Assembly: GCA_902540805.1 (NCBI GenBank)
Contig: CACBON010000003.1
Span: forward strand, 23,057 to 87,056
Direction: 5' to 3'
Source of the DNA: an uncultured Alphaproteobacteria bacterium
GTDB lineage: Bacteria; Pseudomonadota; Alphaproteobacteria; Methylaequorales; Methylaequoraceae
DNA: 64,000 nucleotides
Positions 9,501 to 18,139 of the stretch are shown here, piece after piece. A model generated the notes under the pieces. That model was not told where the DNA came from. It did no database searches and saw only the letters and a list, made by a program, of their open reading frames with translations. A program made the translations under genes and the position numbers. How positions within the stretch are numbered: position 1 is the first letter of the stretch; each line of letters starts with the position of its first letter.

Positions 9501-9992
9501 GATGAAGGAAAAAATAGACTTTTAAAAGCATATGAAGAAGTTAACAAAAATTTTTCTGATCTTTTCAAAAAATTATTTAATGGTGGAGAGGCTAAACTTG
9601 AGCTTGTTAAATCTGATGACCCACTCCAAACTGGTATAGAGATATACGCCAGACCACCTGGAAAAAAATTATCATCTATTAGCTTATTATCTGGAGGGGA
9701 AAAAGCGCTCACAGCTATCTCTTTAATTTTCTCAATCTTCTTAATAAATCCCTCACCAATTTGTATTTTAGATGAAGTTGATGCAGCATTAGATGAAAAT
9801 AATGTTGAAAAGTTTTGTAATATACTTCTAGAATTAAAAAAGAATACAAAAACGAAATTTCTTATTATAACGCACCATAAAATTACTATGACTTCAATTG
9901 ATAGGGTTTACGGTGTAACGATGACACAAAAAGGAATTTCTGATATTGTTTCTGTAGATTTTGAAAAAACAAATTTGAAAGAAGCAGTTTAA
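6558..9992 (+). CDS. smc: Chromosome partition protein Smc
   Basis: It is 1144 aa. N-terminal features are FKSF..T and the Walker A GPNGCGKSN. It has long Lys/Glu-rich coiled coils and a hinge, then the C-terminal signature LSGGEKALTA and Walker B ILDEVDAALD. Start is TTG. Confidence 0.95.
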   Translation: MFTVNKLKISGFKSFAHSTELLIKEGVTGVIGPNGCGKSNVFEAIRWVMGESSSKSLRSGSMDEVIFNGTQQVPAKNFAEVSIELDNFEGELPGNIPNEKKVIISRTLERGVGSFYKINNKEVRAKDVSVLFYDSGSGPRSSSIIGQGNIDQIINSKPIDRKVILEDAAGTSGLQSRRHESELKLQATEVNLEKIDLNLNNLIDQKKDLSRQSRQAEKYEQISENIKFYQSIIVYTEWKNNINEIDQTQSLKDKISEEIQKCINELAKFQNELSLKKKTKTQLDKEKESLNTRNFQIRSEIDKYSNELNGINNKKAEIARFLKTIKNDKELEKTRVSELEKNKRNLQQKISEPSKINEKRKAIVKLINQETELKNKIKQLETTFVNEIQLSLGEEFRFDNLKENKENLKKKINLTRILIIDLKKNLINCEKHLRAEDQQIKKLKNKIQGIQDLINKRKKVINETNQNTQKVNENIKKLLNEIDISSTKLTQIETELKTLNLLTSSKGLSDDSIVNLLKIKKGYEDAVFAALTNELDATLKTSKKRWIKTSFKNIDPIENNLSNLVQSPEELNLILSQISFVEDSKEAFEKQKNLKVGQSIVDKKGSIWRWDGFISEENHQNKKLIDAQLKIKERISEQNKFCVNLNSLRVKKESQMKVQNKLNETLKNENKNIEKNYQEYDLAQSELSTFIQKKSLLEFNIREIKKKIDSHTKEEKLSSKELEKIKSMEVSSPKFDNNKNEKEEVQKSIQKLDFQLEKKREEINLIKESIMKEELNENFHKNDLQKTDDRITECSKQIEILEKRETDYISENKKLENLPFDLNNKINHYEGLFNEIQKEITQNISNENDIKGLIFNLEKKIEQFNKERENKVNELTKIDTNLENFKIKEKELRRTIFQRSKIQPEELENNLKEKEIQITNYEDIKPTLDRLISQREQMGPVNLRAKMEEKIISHSIEELEMEKLDLVQAIDKLRLAINKINDEGKNRLLKAYEEVNKNFSDLFKKLFNGGEAKLELVKSDDPLQTGIEIYARPPGKKLSSISLLSGGEKALTAISLIFSIFLINPSPICILDEVDAALDENNVEKFCNILLELKKNTKTKFLIITHHKITMTSIDRVYGVTMTQKGISDIVSVDFEKTNLKEAV

Positions 9993-10249
9993 TGAAAAAT
10001 GATTTATCTGAAAGACTTGAACAAAAATTAAAAAAAGCAAAAACTAATAATCTTTATAAAAATAATGGATATAGTATTGGTTTAAAAATTTCTATGGATC
10101 TAATATCTTCAATCATTGTTGGGGTTCTTATTGGACTTGGACTCGATAAAATTTTTTTAACAAAACCTATATTTTTTATAATTTTTTTGGTATTAGGAAT
10201 CATTACAGGATTCTATAGTTTATTCAAAACCATGAAAAAACTTAATTAA
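9992..10249 (+). CDS. atpI: ATP synthase protein I (AtpI-like small membrane protein)
   Basis: It is 85 aa with two TM helices and sits directly upstream of atpB. Its ATG overlaps the smc stop (TAATG). Confidence 0.7.
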   Translation: MKNDLSERLEQKLKKAKTNNLYKNNGYSIGLKISMDLISSIIVGVLIGLGLDKIFLTKPIFFIIFLVLGIITGFYSLFKTMKKLN

Positions 10250-10263
10250 ATAAAGGAGATGAT

Positions 10264-11004
10264 TTGGCAAGCCCACTAGCCCAGTTTGAAATAAAAAAAT
10301 TAATAGAAATGGAAGCCTTTGGTTTTGATCTGTCATTCACTAATTCCTCACTAGCAATGACTATGACAGTATTTTTTATAATATTGTTCATGTATATTGG
10401 ATTAAGAAATTTAGAAATTATACCATCAAAGAAACAATCAATAGTAGAAAGTAGCTATGAGTTTATTTCAGGTATGATTGGAGACAATATTGGCAATGAG
10501 GGTATGAAATATTTTTCTTTTATTTTTACTCTTTTTCTTTTTATTTTGGTTGGAAATCTTCTTGGAATGCTACCCTATAGTTTTACATGGACAAGTCACA
10601 TAATTGTAACTTTTGCGATAGCTTTTTTTATTTTTATTGGTGTTACCTTTATAGCAATCTATAAACATGGTGTTGTAAAGTTTTTGAAATTTTTTGCTCC
10701 AGCTGGTGTCCCAAAACCCATGCTTATTTTACTTGTTCCTATTGAGATCATATCTTACTTATCAAGACCAATTAGTCTTTCTGTAAGATTATTTGCTAAT
10801 ATGATGGCTGGCCATACCCTTTTAAAAGTAATAGGTGGGTTTGTTTTTGTTTTAGGAGCTAATAGCTTTATAGTTGGTGGTATACTTCCTCTTGCTTTTC
10901 TGATTGCTTTAACGGGCTTGGAAATTGTAATTGCATTTCTGCAAGCTTATGTATTTGCAATATTAACTTGTTTATATATTAATGATGCAATACATTTACA
11001 TTAA
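10264..11004 (+). CDS. atpB: F0F1 ATP synthase subunit a
   Basis: It is polytopic and carries the conserved LSVRLFANMMAGH motif. The TTG start is preceded by the Shine-Dalgarno sequence AAGGAG. Confidence 0.95.
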   Translation: MASPLAQFEIKKLIEMEAFGFDLSFTNSSLAMTMTVFFIILFMYIGLRNLEIIPSKKQSIVESSYEFISGMIGDNIGNEGMKYFSFIFTLFLFILVGNLLGMLPYSFTWTSHIIVTFAIAFFIFIGVTFIAIYKHGVVKFLKFFAPAGVPKPMLILLVPIEIISYLSRPISLSVRLFANMMAGHTLLKVIGGFVFVLGANSFIVGGILPLAFLIALTGLEIVIAFLQAYVFAILTCLYINDAIHLH

Positions 11005-11031
11005 CTTTTAACTTATATTAAGGAGTAAATT

Positions 11032-11259
11032 ATGGATATGGAATCTGCAAAACTTTTAGGTGCTGGGATAGCGGTTTTAGGCGTTATTGGATCAGGAATT
11101 GGAATTGGATCAATTTTCGCAGCTTTTATCTCAGCAGTAGGAAGGAATCCTGAGGCCAGAGAACATGTATTTACAATGACAATGTTAGGATTTGCTTTAG
11201 TTGAGGCACTCGCATTATTTGCACTAATTATTGCACTTCTCTTACTTTTCGTTTTTTAA
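11032..11259 (+). CDS. atpE: F0F1 ATP synthase subunit c
   Basis: It is a 75-aa hairpin with a GxGxGxG helix, the loop GRNPE, and the carboxylate helix (ALVEALALF). AAGGAG lies upstream. Confidence 0.95.
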   Translation: MDMESAKLLGAGIAVLGVIGSGIGIGSIFAAFISAVGRNPEAREHVFTMTMLGFALVEALALFALIIALLLLFVF

Positions 11260-11262
11260 AGT

Positions 11263-11820
11263 ATGCTAAGGTACACATTTCCCTTTTATCTTTTATTAAC
11301 AGATACAATTTTAGCTTCTGAAGAAAAAGGAGGAATGCCGCAGCTCAACCCAGAATCATTTTCATCGCAAATTTTCTGGTTAATCATACTATTCATTGTA
11401 CTATTTTTAATAAATCATTTTTTCTTTCTTCCAAAAATAAAGAAAATAAGAAATAAAAGAGAAGAAACAATCCAAAGTTATTTAGATGAGGCTAAAAAGC
11501 TAAATGATTCCTTTAATTCTCTTGTAGAAAAAATGAATAAAGAATTTAATGAAGCTAAAATGGAGCAAAATACTCTGATTAAAAAAGCATTCGAAGAAAA
11601 TAAAAAAATTTTTGATAAAAAAATTTTAGAAATTAATAACGATTTCGAAGAAAAAAAAAGTCAACTTAACTCTGACATTGAAAAAAATAAAGAATTGATC
11701 TCTAATGAATTACCAAAGTTATGTGTAAATTTATCTGATAATTTATATGAAAAAATCATGGGGGAGAAAAACAAAGGGAGTGTTAGTGATTTCAAAAAAA
11801 TAGTTGGAGATGATAGATAA
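11263..11820 (+). CDS. atpF2: F0F1 ATP synthase subunit b'
   Basis: The GGMPQL..........FWL motif is typical of alphaproteobacterial b'. It has a single TM segment and a long charged helix. Confidence 0.85.
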   Translation: MLRYTFPFYLLLTDTILASEEKGGMPQLNPESFSSQIFWLIILFIVLFLINHFFFLPKIKKIRNKREETIQSYLDEAKKLNDSFNSLVEKMNKEFNEAKMEQNTLIKKAFEENKKIFDKKILEINNDFEEKKSQLNSDIEKNKELISNELPKLCVNLSDNLYEKIMGEKNKGSVSDFKKIVGDDR

Positions 11821-12314
11821 TGAGTATTGAGGTTTTAGACGATTCAACACTTTGGGTGTCACTTTCATTTATCATTTTCGTAATTATTACTTTTAAACCA
11901 ATTTTAACTCAACTTTCTGATAGCCTTGATAGGAAAATTAACGATTTAAAAAAAAATATTGACGAATCCAAACAACTAAAAAAAGAAGCTGAAAAATTAT
12001 ATAAAGAACAACTCGAAAAACAAAAGGATAATCACAATTTGATACGAAGAATTAAAGAGGATACAAACAAAGAGATTAAAAAAATAAAAGCTCAGATAGA
12101 ACAAGACATTGAACAAAGTATGCTTAGACGAATTAATAATTATAATCTTGTATCATCTCAGATGGAAAATAATCTTAAAAATGAAATGAAAAAACATATT
12201 ATGGAAAGAGTCATTAAATATACAGAAATCCGAATTAAAAAAAATTTATCTAACAAACAAAATATTCGGTTAGTTGAAAATTCAATTGTAAATATTCCAA
12301 AAAAAATAATTTAA
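11820..12314 (+). CDS. atpF: F0F1 ATP synthase subunit b
   Basis: It has a single N-terminal TM segment plus a long Lys/Glu-rich helix. Its position after b' fits the alphaproteobacterial atpIBEF'F operon. Confidence 0.85.
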   Translation: MSIEVLDDSTLWVSLSFIIFVIITFKPILTQLSDSLDRKINDLKKNIDESKQLKKEAEKLYKEQLEKQKDNHNLIRRIKEDTNKEIKKIKAQIEQDIEQSMLRRINNYNLVSSQMENNLKNEMKKHIMERVIKYTEIRIKKNLSNKQNIRLVENSIVNIPKKII

Positions 12315-12320
12315 ACTGAA

Positions 12321-13277
12321 ATGGCGGTACATACCAAACTTTCTGAGGCCAATATCAAGAAGATTTTAGAGGATTACCAACTAGGCGAATTAATCAAATT
12401 TTCTGGAATAAAAGAAGGTATTGAAAATACTAATTACCTTCTTAAAACCATAAATAATAACTTTATTATTACAATTTTTGAGAAGCGTGTAGATACAAAA
12501 CATATACCTTTTTATTTTGAGGTAATGGCCAACTCACATTCTAAAGGCATAGATTGTCCTGTTCCAATAAAAGATAAAAAAGGCGAACTTGTTAACAAAA
12601 TAAAAAATAAAAAAATGGCTATTTTTGGTTTCTTAGAGGGGCATTCAAAGAAAAAGTGGAATAAAAGCGATTGTTTTATGGTTGGACAAAAATTAGCTCA
12701 ATTTCATTTAGCAAATATTAATAATAAATTAAAAGCAAAAAATAATTTTAGTCTAAATTTTTGGAACAAAATATATTCTAATTGTTTAAATAAATTTAAT
12801 GACGTTATACCAAATTCATTGAAGACAATTAGTGATGAAATTAATTTTATATCGTCTAACTGGCCAAAGAATCTTCCTAAAGGAGTTATCCATGCAGATC
12901 TATTTCCTGACAATGTTTTTTTTTATAAAAAAAAAATTTCTGGTTTTTTAGATTTCTATTTTTCTTGTTGTGATTTTTTGTCATACGATCTAGCAATTAC
13001 GATAAATGCATGGTGTTTTCACAATTATAAATTTAAGGACGATTTCTTCATAAGTTTAATTTCTGGATATCAATCAGTAAGAAAGTTAGAAACTGCTGAA
13101 GTAAATAACATTAATATTTTGTTAAGAGGTGCAAGTCTTAGATTTCTATTCACTCGAGTTTACGACTACTTGATTAGTAATGAAGGCAAATTTCTTAAAA
13201 AAAAAGATCCATTAGAGTTTTTTAACATTCTAAAATTTCATACTAAAGTTGACGTGGCAAAACAATATTTTGATTAA
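12321..13277 (+). CDS. thrB: Homoserine kinase, type II (aminoglycoside-phosphotransferase fold)
   Basis: The N-terminus is MAVHTKLSE..I..IL.DY.LGEL..F.GI.EGIENTNYLL. The catalytic region is VIHADLFPDNVFF. Confidence 0.85.
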   Translation: MAVHTKLSEANIKKILEDYQLGELIKFSGIKEGIENTNYLLKTINNNFIITIFEKRVDTKHIPFYFEVMANSHSKGIDCPVPIKDKKGELVNKIKNKKMAIFGFLEGHSKKKWNKSDCFMVGQKLAQFHLANINNKLKAKNNFSLNFWNKIYSNCLNKFNDVIPNSLKTISDEINFISSNWPKNLPKGVIHADLFPDNVFFYKKKISGFLDFYFSCCDFLSYDLAITINAWCFHNYKFKDDFFISLISGYQSVRKLETAEVNNINILLRGASLRFLFTRVYDYLISNEGKFLKKKDPLEFFNILKFHTKVDVAKQYFD

Positions 13278-13716
13278 TACGGATTACATAATATATACGG
13301 ATGGAGCCTGTTCTGGAAATCCAGGTGCTGGCGGTTGGGCGGCAATAATTTTTAACAAAAGTAGTGGTCAGAAATCTCAAAGAGTTGGTGGAGAAATAGA
13401 AACAACAAACAATCGAATGGAGTTAAGGGCTATTATTGAAGCATTAGAATCACTTCCAAAGGCCAGTAACCTAGTAATATTTACTGATAGTAAATATGTT
13501 ATTAATGGTATTGAATCGTGGATAGTAAAATGGAAAACAAATAACTGGTTAGGTTCGAATAAAAAAAAGGTTAAAAATAGGGATCTTTGGAAGAAATTAG
13601 ATATTCTAGCGAACCAATTTCAAATTAAATGGAACTGGGTAAAAGGTCATAGTGGTGATAAATATAATGAAGAGGTAGACAGGCTTGCTAGAAATCAAAT
13701 TAATTTAAATTGTTAA
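13249..13716 (+). CDS. rnhA: Ribonuclease HI
   Basis: IYTDGACSGNPGAGGW, TNNRMEL.A and VKGHSG...NE..D.LA are present. The only in-frame start is the TTG at 13249, which overlaps thrB by 29 nt, so the start is uncertain. Confidence 0.9.
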   Translation: MTWQNNILINTDYIIYTDGACSGNPGAGGWAAIIFNKSSGQKSQRVGGEIETTNNRMELRAIIEALESLPKASNLVIFTDSKYVINGIESWIVKWKTNNWLGSNKKKVKNRDLWKKLDILANQFQIKWNWVKGHSGDKYNEEVDRLARNQINLNC

Positions 13717-14192
13717 ATAGATTTTATTACGTTTTCAGCTTTACTGACTTCGAGTCCTGGTCCATTATCATTAAAAATTTTTATTATTTTTTCATTATCA
13801 ATTATCATAGCAAATCTTGAGAGTCTTCGTCCTAAGCCAACCACAGATAAATCTGTTTCAAGTCCACTTTTATTTCTAAATTCACCATTACCGTCTGATA
13901 TAAATTTTAATTCTGGAATATTTAAGGAATTACTCCAAGATTTCATTATGAAAGGATCATTTGTGGACACAACATAAATTTCTTCTATGCCTAGCGAAAA
14001 AAAATCACTAGCTAACTTTTTATAACCGGGTAGGTGTTCGTCACTACAAGTTGGCGTAAAAGCACCAGGAACTCCTACTAATAAGACTTTTTTATTTTTA
14101 AAAATATTATTTGCTTTTAAAGCTGCTGGTCCCGACTCAGTTATGTGATAGAAAGTAACTTCAGGAAAATTGTCTTGTTCTTTAATTGTCAT
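13713..14192 (-). CDS. Peroxiredoxin, Prx5/type II subfamily (single cysteine, no signal peptide)
   Basis: PGAFTPTCS is the peroxidatic site. Only one Cys occurs in the 159 aa. The start overlaps the upstream stop (ATGA). Confidence 0.85.
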   Translation of the reverse strand: MTIKEQDNFPEVTFYHITESGPAALKANNIFKNKKVLLVGVPGAFTPTCSDEHLPGYKKLASDFFSLGIEEIYVVSTNDPFIMKSWSNSLNIPELKFISDGNGEFRNKSGLETDLSVVGLGRRLSRFAMIIDNEKIIKIFNDNGPGLEVSKAENVIKSI

Positions 14193-16150
14193 TTAACTCC
14201 AACCTCCATTAATTTATTTATTACAATATCTTTTGAAAGAATCTCTGGCAATAAAATTCCTTCTCTATTATTAGGTCCATAGACTATATTAACTGGTATA
14301 CCATATCTGTTATATTTTTTAATAAAATCAAAAATATCTTTATCTTTATTAGTCCAATCTGCTCTTATTAAAGCAACTTGATTTTTAGAAAGGAAATCAA
14401 CTACTTTTTTGGTTTCTAAAGTAGTTATCTTATTAAACTGACATGTCACACACCAGTCTGCAGTAACATCAATTAAAACAAATCTGTTTTCATTTAAATA
14501 ATTTTCTAAAGTATTTTTTTCGTAATTTTCCCATACCAATTTCTTTTTTCTGATATCCATAATTTCAGAGAACACGAAGATATTTGTTACAATGAACAAT
14601 AAAGATGTCAGCATTGTAAATTTATTTCTGTTGTTGAAATAAGAAAAAAATAGAATTATTGAAGTAAGAGCTAATATTACTAAATAATTGACTTTAAATA
14701 GATTAGAGATCCAGACAAAGGATAAGAGCATTAATAATCCTAAAAGATATTTAAAATTATTCATCCAAATGCCAGGCTTAGGAAAAAGCTTTATTATTTT
14801 TGGATAAACAATAAAACATAAATATGGAAAGGAAAAGCCAAGGGAAATACTTAAAAATATTGTTACTATATTTTGATTTGATGACCCCATTGAAAATCCA
14901 ACTGCTGTTCCAAGAAAAGGTGCACTACAAGGCGTTGCTAATAAAGTGGCAAATACTCCTGAAAAATAATGGCCACTTTTACTATTGGTGTCTAAAAAAT
15001 TATTAATTTTATCTAAGATGTTTTGTGGCAAAATAATTTCAAAGAAACCAAGTAAATTTAAACTGAAAATAAATATTAGAATTGATATAAAAATTAAAAA
15101 GAAATTGTTTTGAAATTGAAAACCCCATCCAACTGCACTACCGAATGTTTTTAAAACAATAACAGTTATGGCTAAAAATAGGAAGGAACTAATTATTCCA
15201 ACTACCACATATAAGCAATCATATCTGATTTTATTATTTTCTCCCTTTAGAAAATTTAAAAATGAATATAGTTTTAAAGAAAGAATTGGCAAAACACAGG
15301 GCATGAAATTTAATATCAAACCTCCAAGAAATGCCAAAATTATGTAATAAATTATTTGTGTATTTTTATTTTCAAATTTATTGAGATCAAATGAAATTTC
15401 TTGATAAACTTTTCCATCAGAAATAGAAAAATTTATAGGTTTAGTCAAAGAATTAATATTGTCATCAAATTCAACTTCAAAAAATGATTTTAGTTTTTTA
15501 ACCTTAAGATTTGTATCCTCTGAGTGAGCAAATAATTGAATATTTTCAAATTCATCATTGTTTACAAAGTAAAGCTTAATTTTTTCACTTGAAACAATTT
15601 TGTGATCAATACTGAAATAATTTTGTTTTCTTTTTGGAACAGTTTTATAACTTTTTAAAAAGGAGTCAGAAACAACCTCTTTCAGGAAATTAAGTGTTAA
15701 TTTCTTGGTTTCTGAGATTGGTATGCAAATATCTTTACAAACAAGATAATTTAAATCAATTTTTTCATGAATTTTTTCTACCTCATCTTTTTGAATCTCT
15801 ACTGGAAATATTACTTGGTTTTCATAACCAATTGTTGATACGTCATGGTCTAAAAATTTTCCAGGGAAAGGAAATAAAACTTTTAATTTGTTTGCAAAAG
15901 ATGAATCTTTCCAATTGATTGTTAAAGGAGCACCAGCATCACCTGGATTTTTCCAATATGTTTTCCATCCTTTTTGAAGGTCAATTTTTACACCAAAATA
16001 ATATTTATCCTCAACAAAAAATACTCCATTGGATGGTATTATACTAACAGAAGCAGGATTATTTTTTGGATTAAATTCATCTGCAATGGCTATGTTTGAG
16101 TATAATAAAATTATAACTTTAAAAAAATTAACAAACATTACTCTTATCAA
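14189..16150 (-). CDS. Thiol:disulfide reductant transporter, DsbD superfamily, ScsB-like
   Basis: Domains in order: a signal peptide; a periplasmic N-domain of about 240 aa with GWKTYWKNPGDAG and CxxxC (CKDIC); a TM core with the two cysteines (FMPCVLP, LATPCSAPF); and a C-terminal thioredoxin domain WCVTCQ. Confidence 0.8.
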   Translation of the reverse strand: MIRVMFVNFFKVIILLYSNIAIADEFNPKNNPASVSIIPSNGVFFVEDKYYFGVKIDLQKGWKTYWKNPGDAGAPLTINWKDSSFANKLKVLFPFPGKFLDHDVSTIGYENQVIFPVEIQKDEVEKIHEKIDLNYLVCKDICIPISETKKLTLNFLKEVVSDSFLKSYKTVPKRKQNYFSIDHKIVSSEKIKLYFVNNDEFENIQLFAHSEDTNLKVKKLKSFFEVEFDDNINSLTKPINFSISDGKVYQEISFDLNKFENKNTQIIYYIILAFLGGLILNFMPCVLPILSLKLYSFLNFLKGENNKIRYDCLYVVVGIISSFLFLAITVIVLKTFGSAVGWGFQFQNNFFLIFISILIFIFSLNLLGFFEIILPQNILDKINNFLDTNSKSGHYFSGVFATLLATPCSAPFLGTAVGFSMGSSNQNIVTIFLSISLGFSFPYLCFIVYPKIIKLFPKPGIWMNNFKYLLGLLMLLSFVWISNLFKVNYLVILALTSIILFFSYFNNRNKFTMLTSLLFIVTNIFVFSEIMDIRKKKLVWENYEKNTLENYLNENRFVLIDVTADWCVTCQFNKITTLETKKVVDFLSKNQVALIRADWTNKDKDIFDFIKKYNRYGIPVNIVYGPNNREGILLPEILSKDIVINKLMEVGVK

Positions 16151-16184
16151 TTGAATAAAATAAAATATCTGTAATAATTTATAT

Positions 16185-16751
16185 ATGAAATATCAATATT
16201 TAAAGGGAAATATTATTTGTGCTTTACCACAATTAAACGATATTTTTTTTTCCAAAAGTATAATCTATCTCACTCATCACAATAAAGATGGAGCGGTAGG
16301 GATTGTACTAAATTACAAAGTCATGACTATTAAAGGTGCCCAACTTTTTAAAAAATTAAACATTGAGAATGTTTCAAATAATTTAGAAACGGATTTTCTT
16401 TTTCACATAGGTGGTCCACTAAATCAAAATAACGGATTTATACTGCATTCAAAAGACTATGATAGCAAAAATACAATGAAGGTTTCTAAGCAAGTTAAAT
16501 TAACCTGCTCAACTGAGATTTTATCCGATATTGCGCAAAACAAAGGACCTAAACAATTTTTTATTTCACTGGGTTATTCTGGATGGGGACCAGGACAGCT
16601 TGAGGACGAAATTAAGCAAAATAGCTGGATAAATATTAATGAGGAGTTAGACCTCCTTTTTGAAATTGATCCAGAAAAAAAATGGAAAGATGCCCTTAAA
16701 AAAACTGGTATCGATTTTTCAAAACTTTCTAACTATTACGGTAACGCATAA
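16185..16751 (+). CDS. YqgE/AlgH family protein (UPF0301)
   Basis: The size is about 190 aa and the pattern is F..S.IYL..H...GA.GIVLN ... GGP....GF.LH ... GYSGWGPGQLE.E...N.W. Confidence 0.8.
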   Translation: MKYQYLKGNIICALPQLNDIFFSKSIIYLTHHNKDGAVGIVLNYKVMTIKGAQLFKKLNIENVSNNLETDFLFHIGGPLNQNNGFILHSKDYDSKNTMKVSKQVKLTCSTEILSDIAQNKGPKQFFISLGYSGWGPGQLEDEIKQNSWININEELDLLFEIDPEKKWKDALKKTGIDFSKLSNYYGNA

Positions 16752-16760
16752 ATCACAGTT

Positions 16761-18137
16761 TCAGTTGATAATTAATTTCTTTAATTGATCTATATCATTT
16801 TCAATAACTTTAAATTTTTCGGTTTTTTTTAAGATTTTTTCTAATTTTACTGGATAATCAATTTTTTTTTTTACCGATTCTTTTACAGTTTTTATAAATT
16901 TGCTGTAATGCGCAGTGGCCAAATAAATTCTTTTTTCTTTATTATTTAGCACTTTATCTCCAACTGAAAGTCCAACAGCTGTGTGTGGGTCTATAATCAA
17001 TTTATATTTATTGAAGATCTCACCGATTGTTTTTTTTGTTTCAGAATCTGATAACTTTCCATAACCGAAGATTTTCCTCATCTTTTTCAAATGTGTTTTT
17101 GCAATTGAAAACTCCTTTTGATTTTCTAACTTATAAAATAATTTTTTTATCGTCTTGCCATTTTCATAATAATCAAATAGCAGTCTTTCAAAATTACTTG
17201 AAACTTGTATATCCATACTTGGGCTTAAAGAGGTCAAAGTTTTCTTTATTTCCATTCTTCCAGTTTTAAAAAACCGGGTAAGAATATCATTTTTATTTGA
17301 ACTGATTATAATTTTTTTAATAGGCAGACCCATTTTCTTACTAATATATCCAGCATAAGCGTTTCCGAAATTTCCTGTAGGAACAACAAAGCTCAGGGGT
17401 TCAAATTTATAAGTTAATCTAAAGTAACTCCAAAAGTAATAAACAATTTGACCCATTATTCTTACCCAATTTATTGAATTTACGGCAGCTAAATTAATTT
17501 TCTTAGTTTCGTTGTTAAATTTAAAGTAATTTTTAACCATTCTTTGACAATCGTCAAAATTGCCTTTGACTGCAATATTGAAAACATTTTTTTTTTTAAC
17601 TGTAGTCATTTGCTTTCTCTGAATTTCGCTTACTTTATTATATGGAAACAAAATAAAAATTTTTACATTATCAGATTTTGCACATCCATGAATTGCTGCA
17701 GAGCCAGTGTCTCCTGATGTTGCACCAAGAATTGTAAGTTTTATTTTTCTTTTTTTTAGTACATATTCATATATGTTGCCCAACAATTGTAAGGCAAAAT
17801 CTTTGAATGCATAAGTTGGACCATTAAAAAGATTTGCAATATATTTGTATTGGTCAAGCTTATCGAATGATATGATTTCTTTCCCAAATGATTTATTATA
17901 TGAATTTATACATATCTTTTTGTATTCACTCTCTGATATTTCATCTAAAACGAAATCTTTAGTTAGCTCAAATACCAGACCTGGATAATCGAGTTCTCTT
18001 AAAAAATCTAATTCTTTTTCTGAGTAAAATTTAAGTCTATTTGGGACATATAAACCACCATCTTTGGCCAGCCCATTTAATAGCACATCACCAAACTTTA
18101 AATTTATATCATTACCTCTGGTTGATGAATAAATCAT
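16761..18137 (-). CDS. thrC: Threonine synthase
   Basis: The N-terminus is YSSTRG. The PLP-lysine motif FKDFALQ is present, along with GATSGDTGSAA. It is the long form of about 460 aa. Confidence 0.92.
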   Translation of the reverse strand: MIYSSTRGNDINLKFGDVLLNGLAKDGGLYVPNRLKFYSEKELDFLRELDYPGLVFELTKDFVLDEISESEYKKICINSYNKSFGKEIISFDKLDQYKYIANLFNGPTYAFKDFALQLLGNIYEYVLKKRKIKLTILGATSGDTGSAAIHGCAKSDNVKIFILFPYNKVSEIQRKQMTTVKKKNVFNIAVKGNFDDCQRMVKNYFKFNNETKKINLAAVNSINWVRIMGQIVYYFWSYFRLTYKFEPLSFVVPTGNFGNAYAGYISKKMGLPIKKIIISSNKNDILTRFFKTGRMEIKKTLTSLSPSMDIQVSSNFERLLFDYYENGKTIKKLFYKLENQKEFSIAKTHLKKMRKIFGYGKLSDSETKKTIGEIFNKYKLIIDPHTAVGLSVGDKVLNNKEKRIYLATAHYSKFIKTVKESVKKKIDYPVKLEKILKKTEKFKVIENDIDQLKKLIIN

Positions 18138-18139
18138 GT

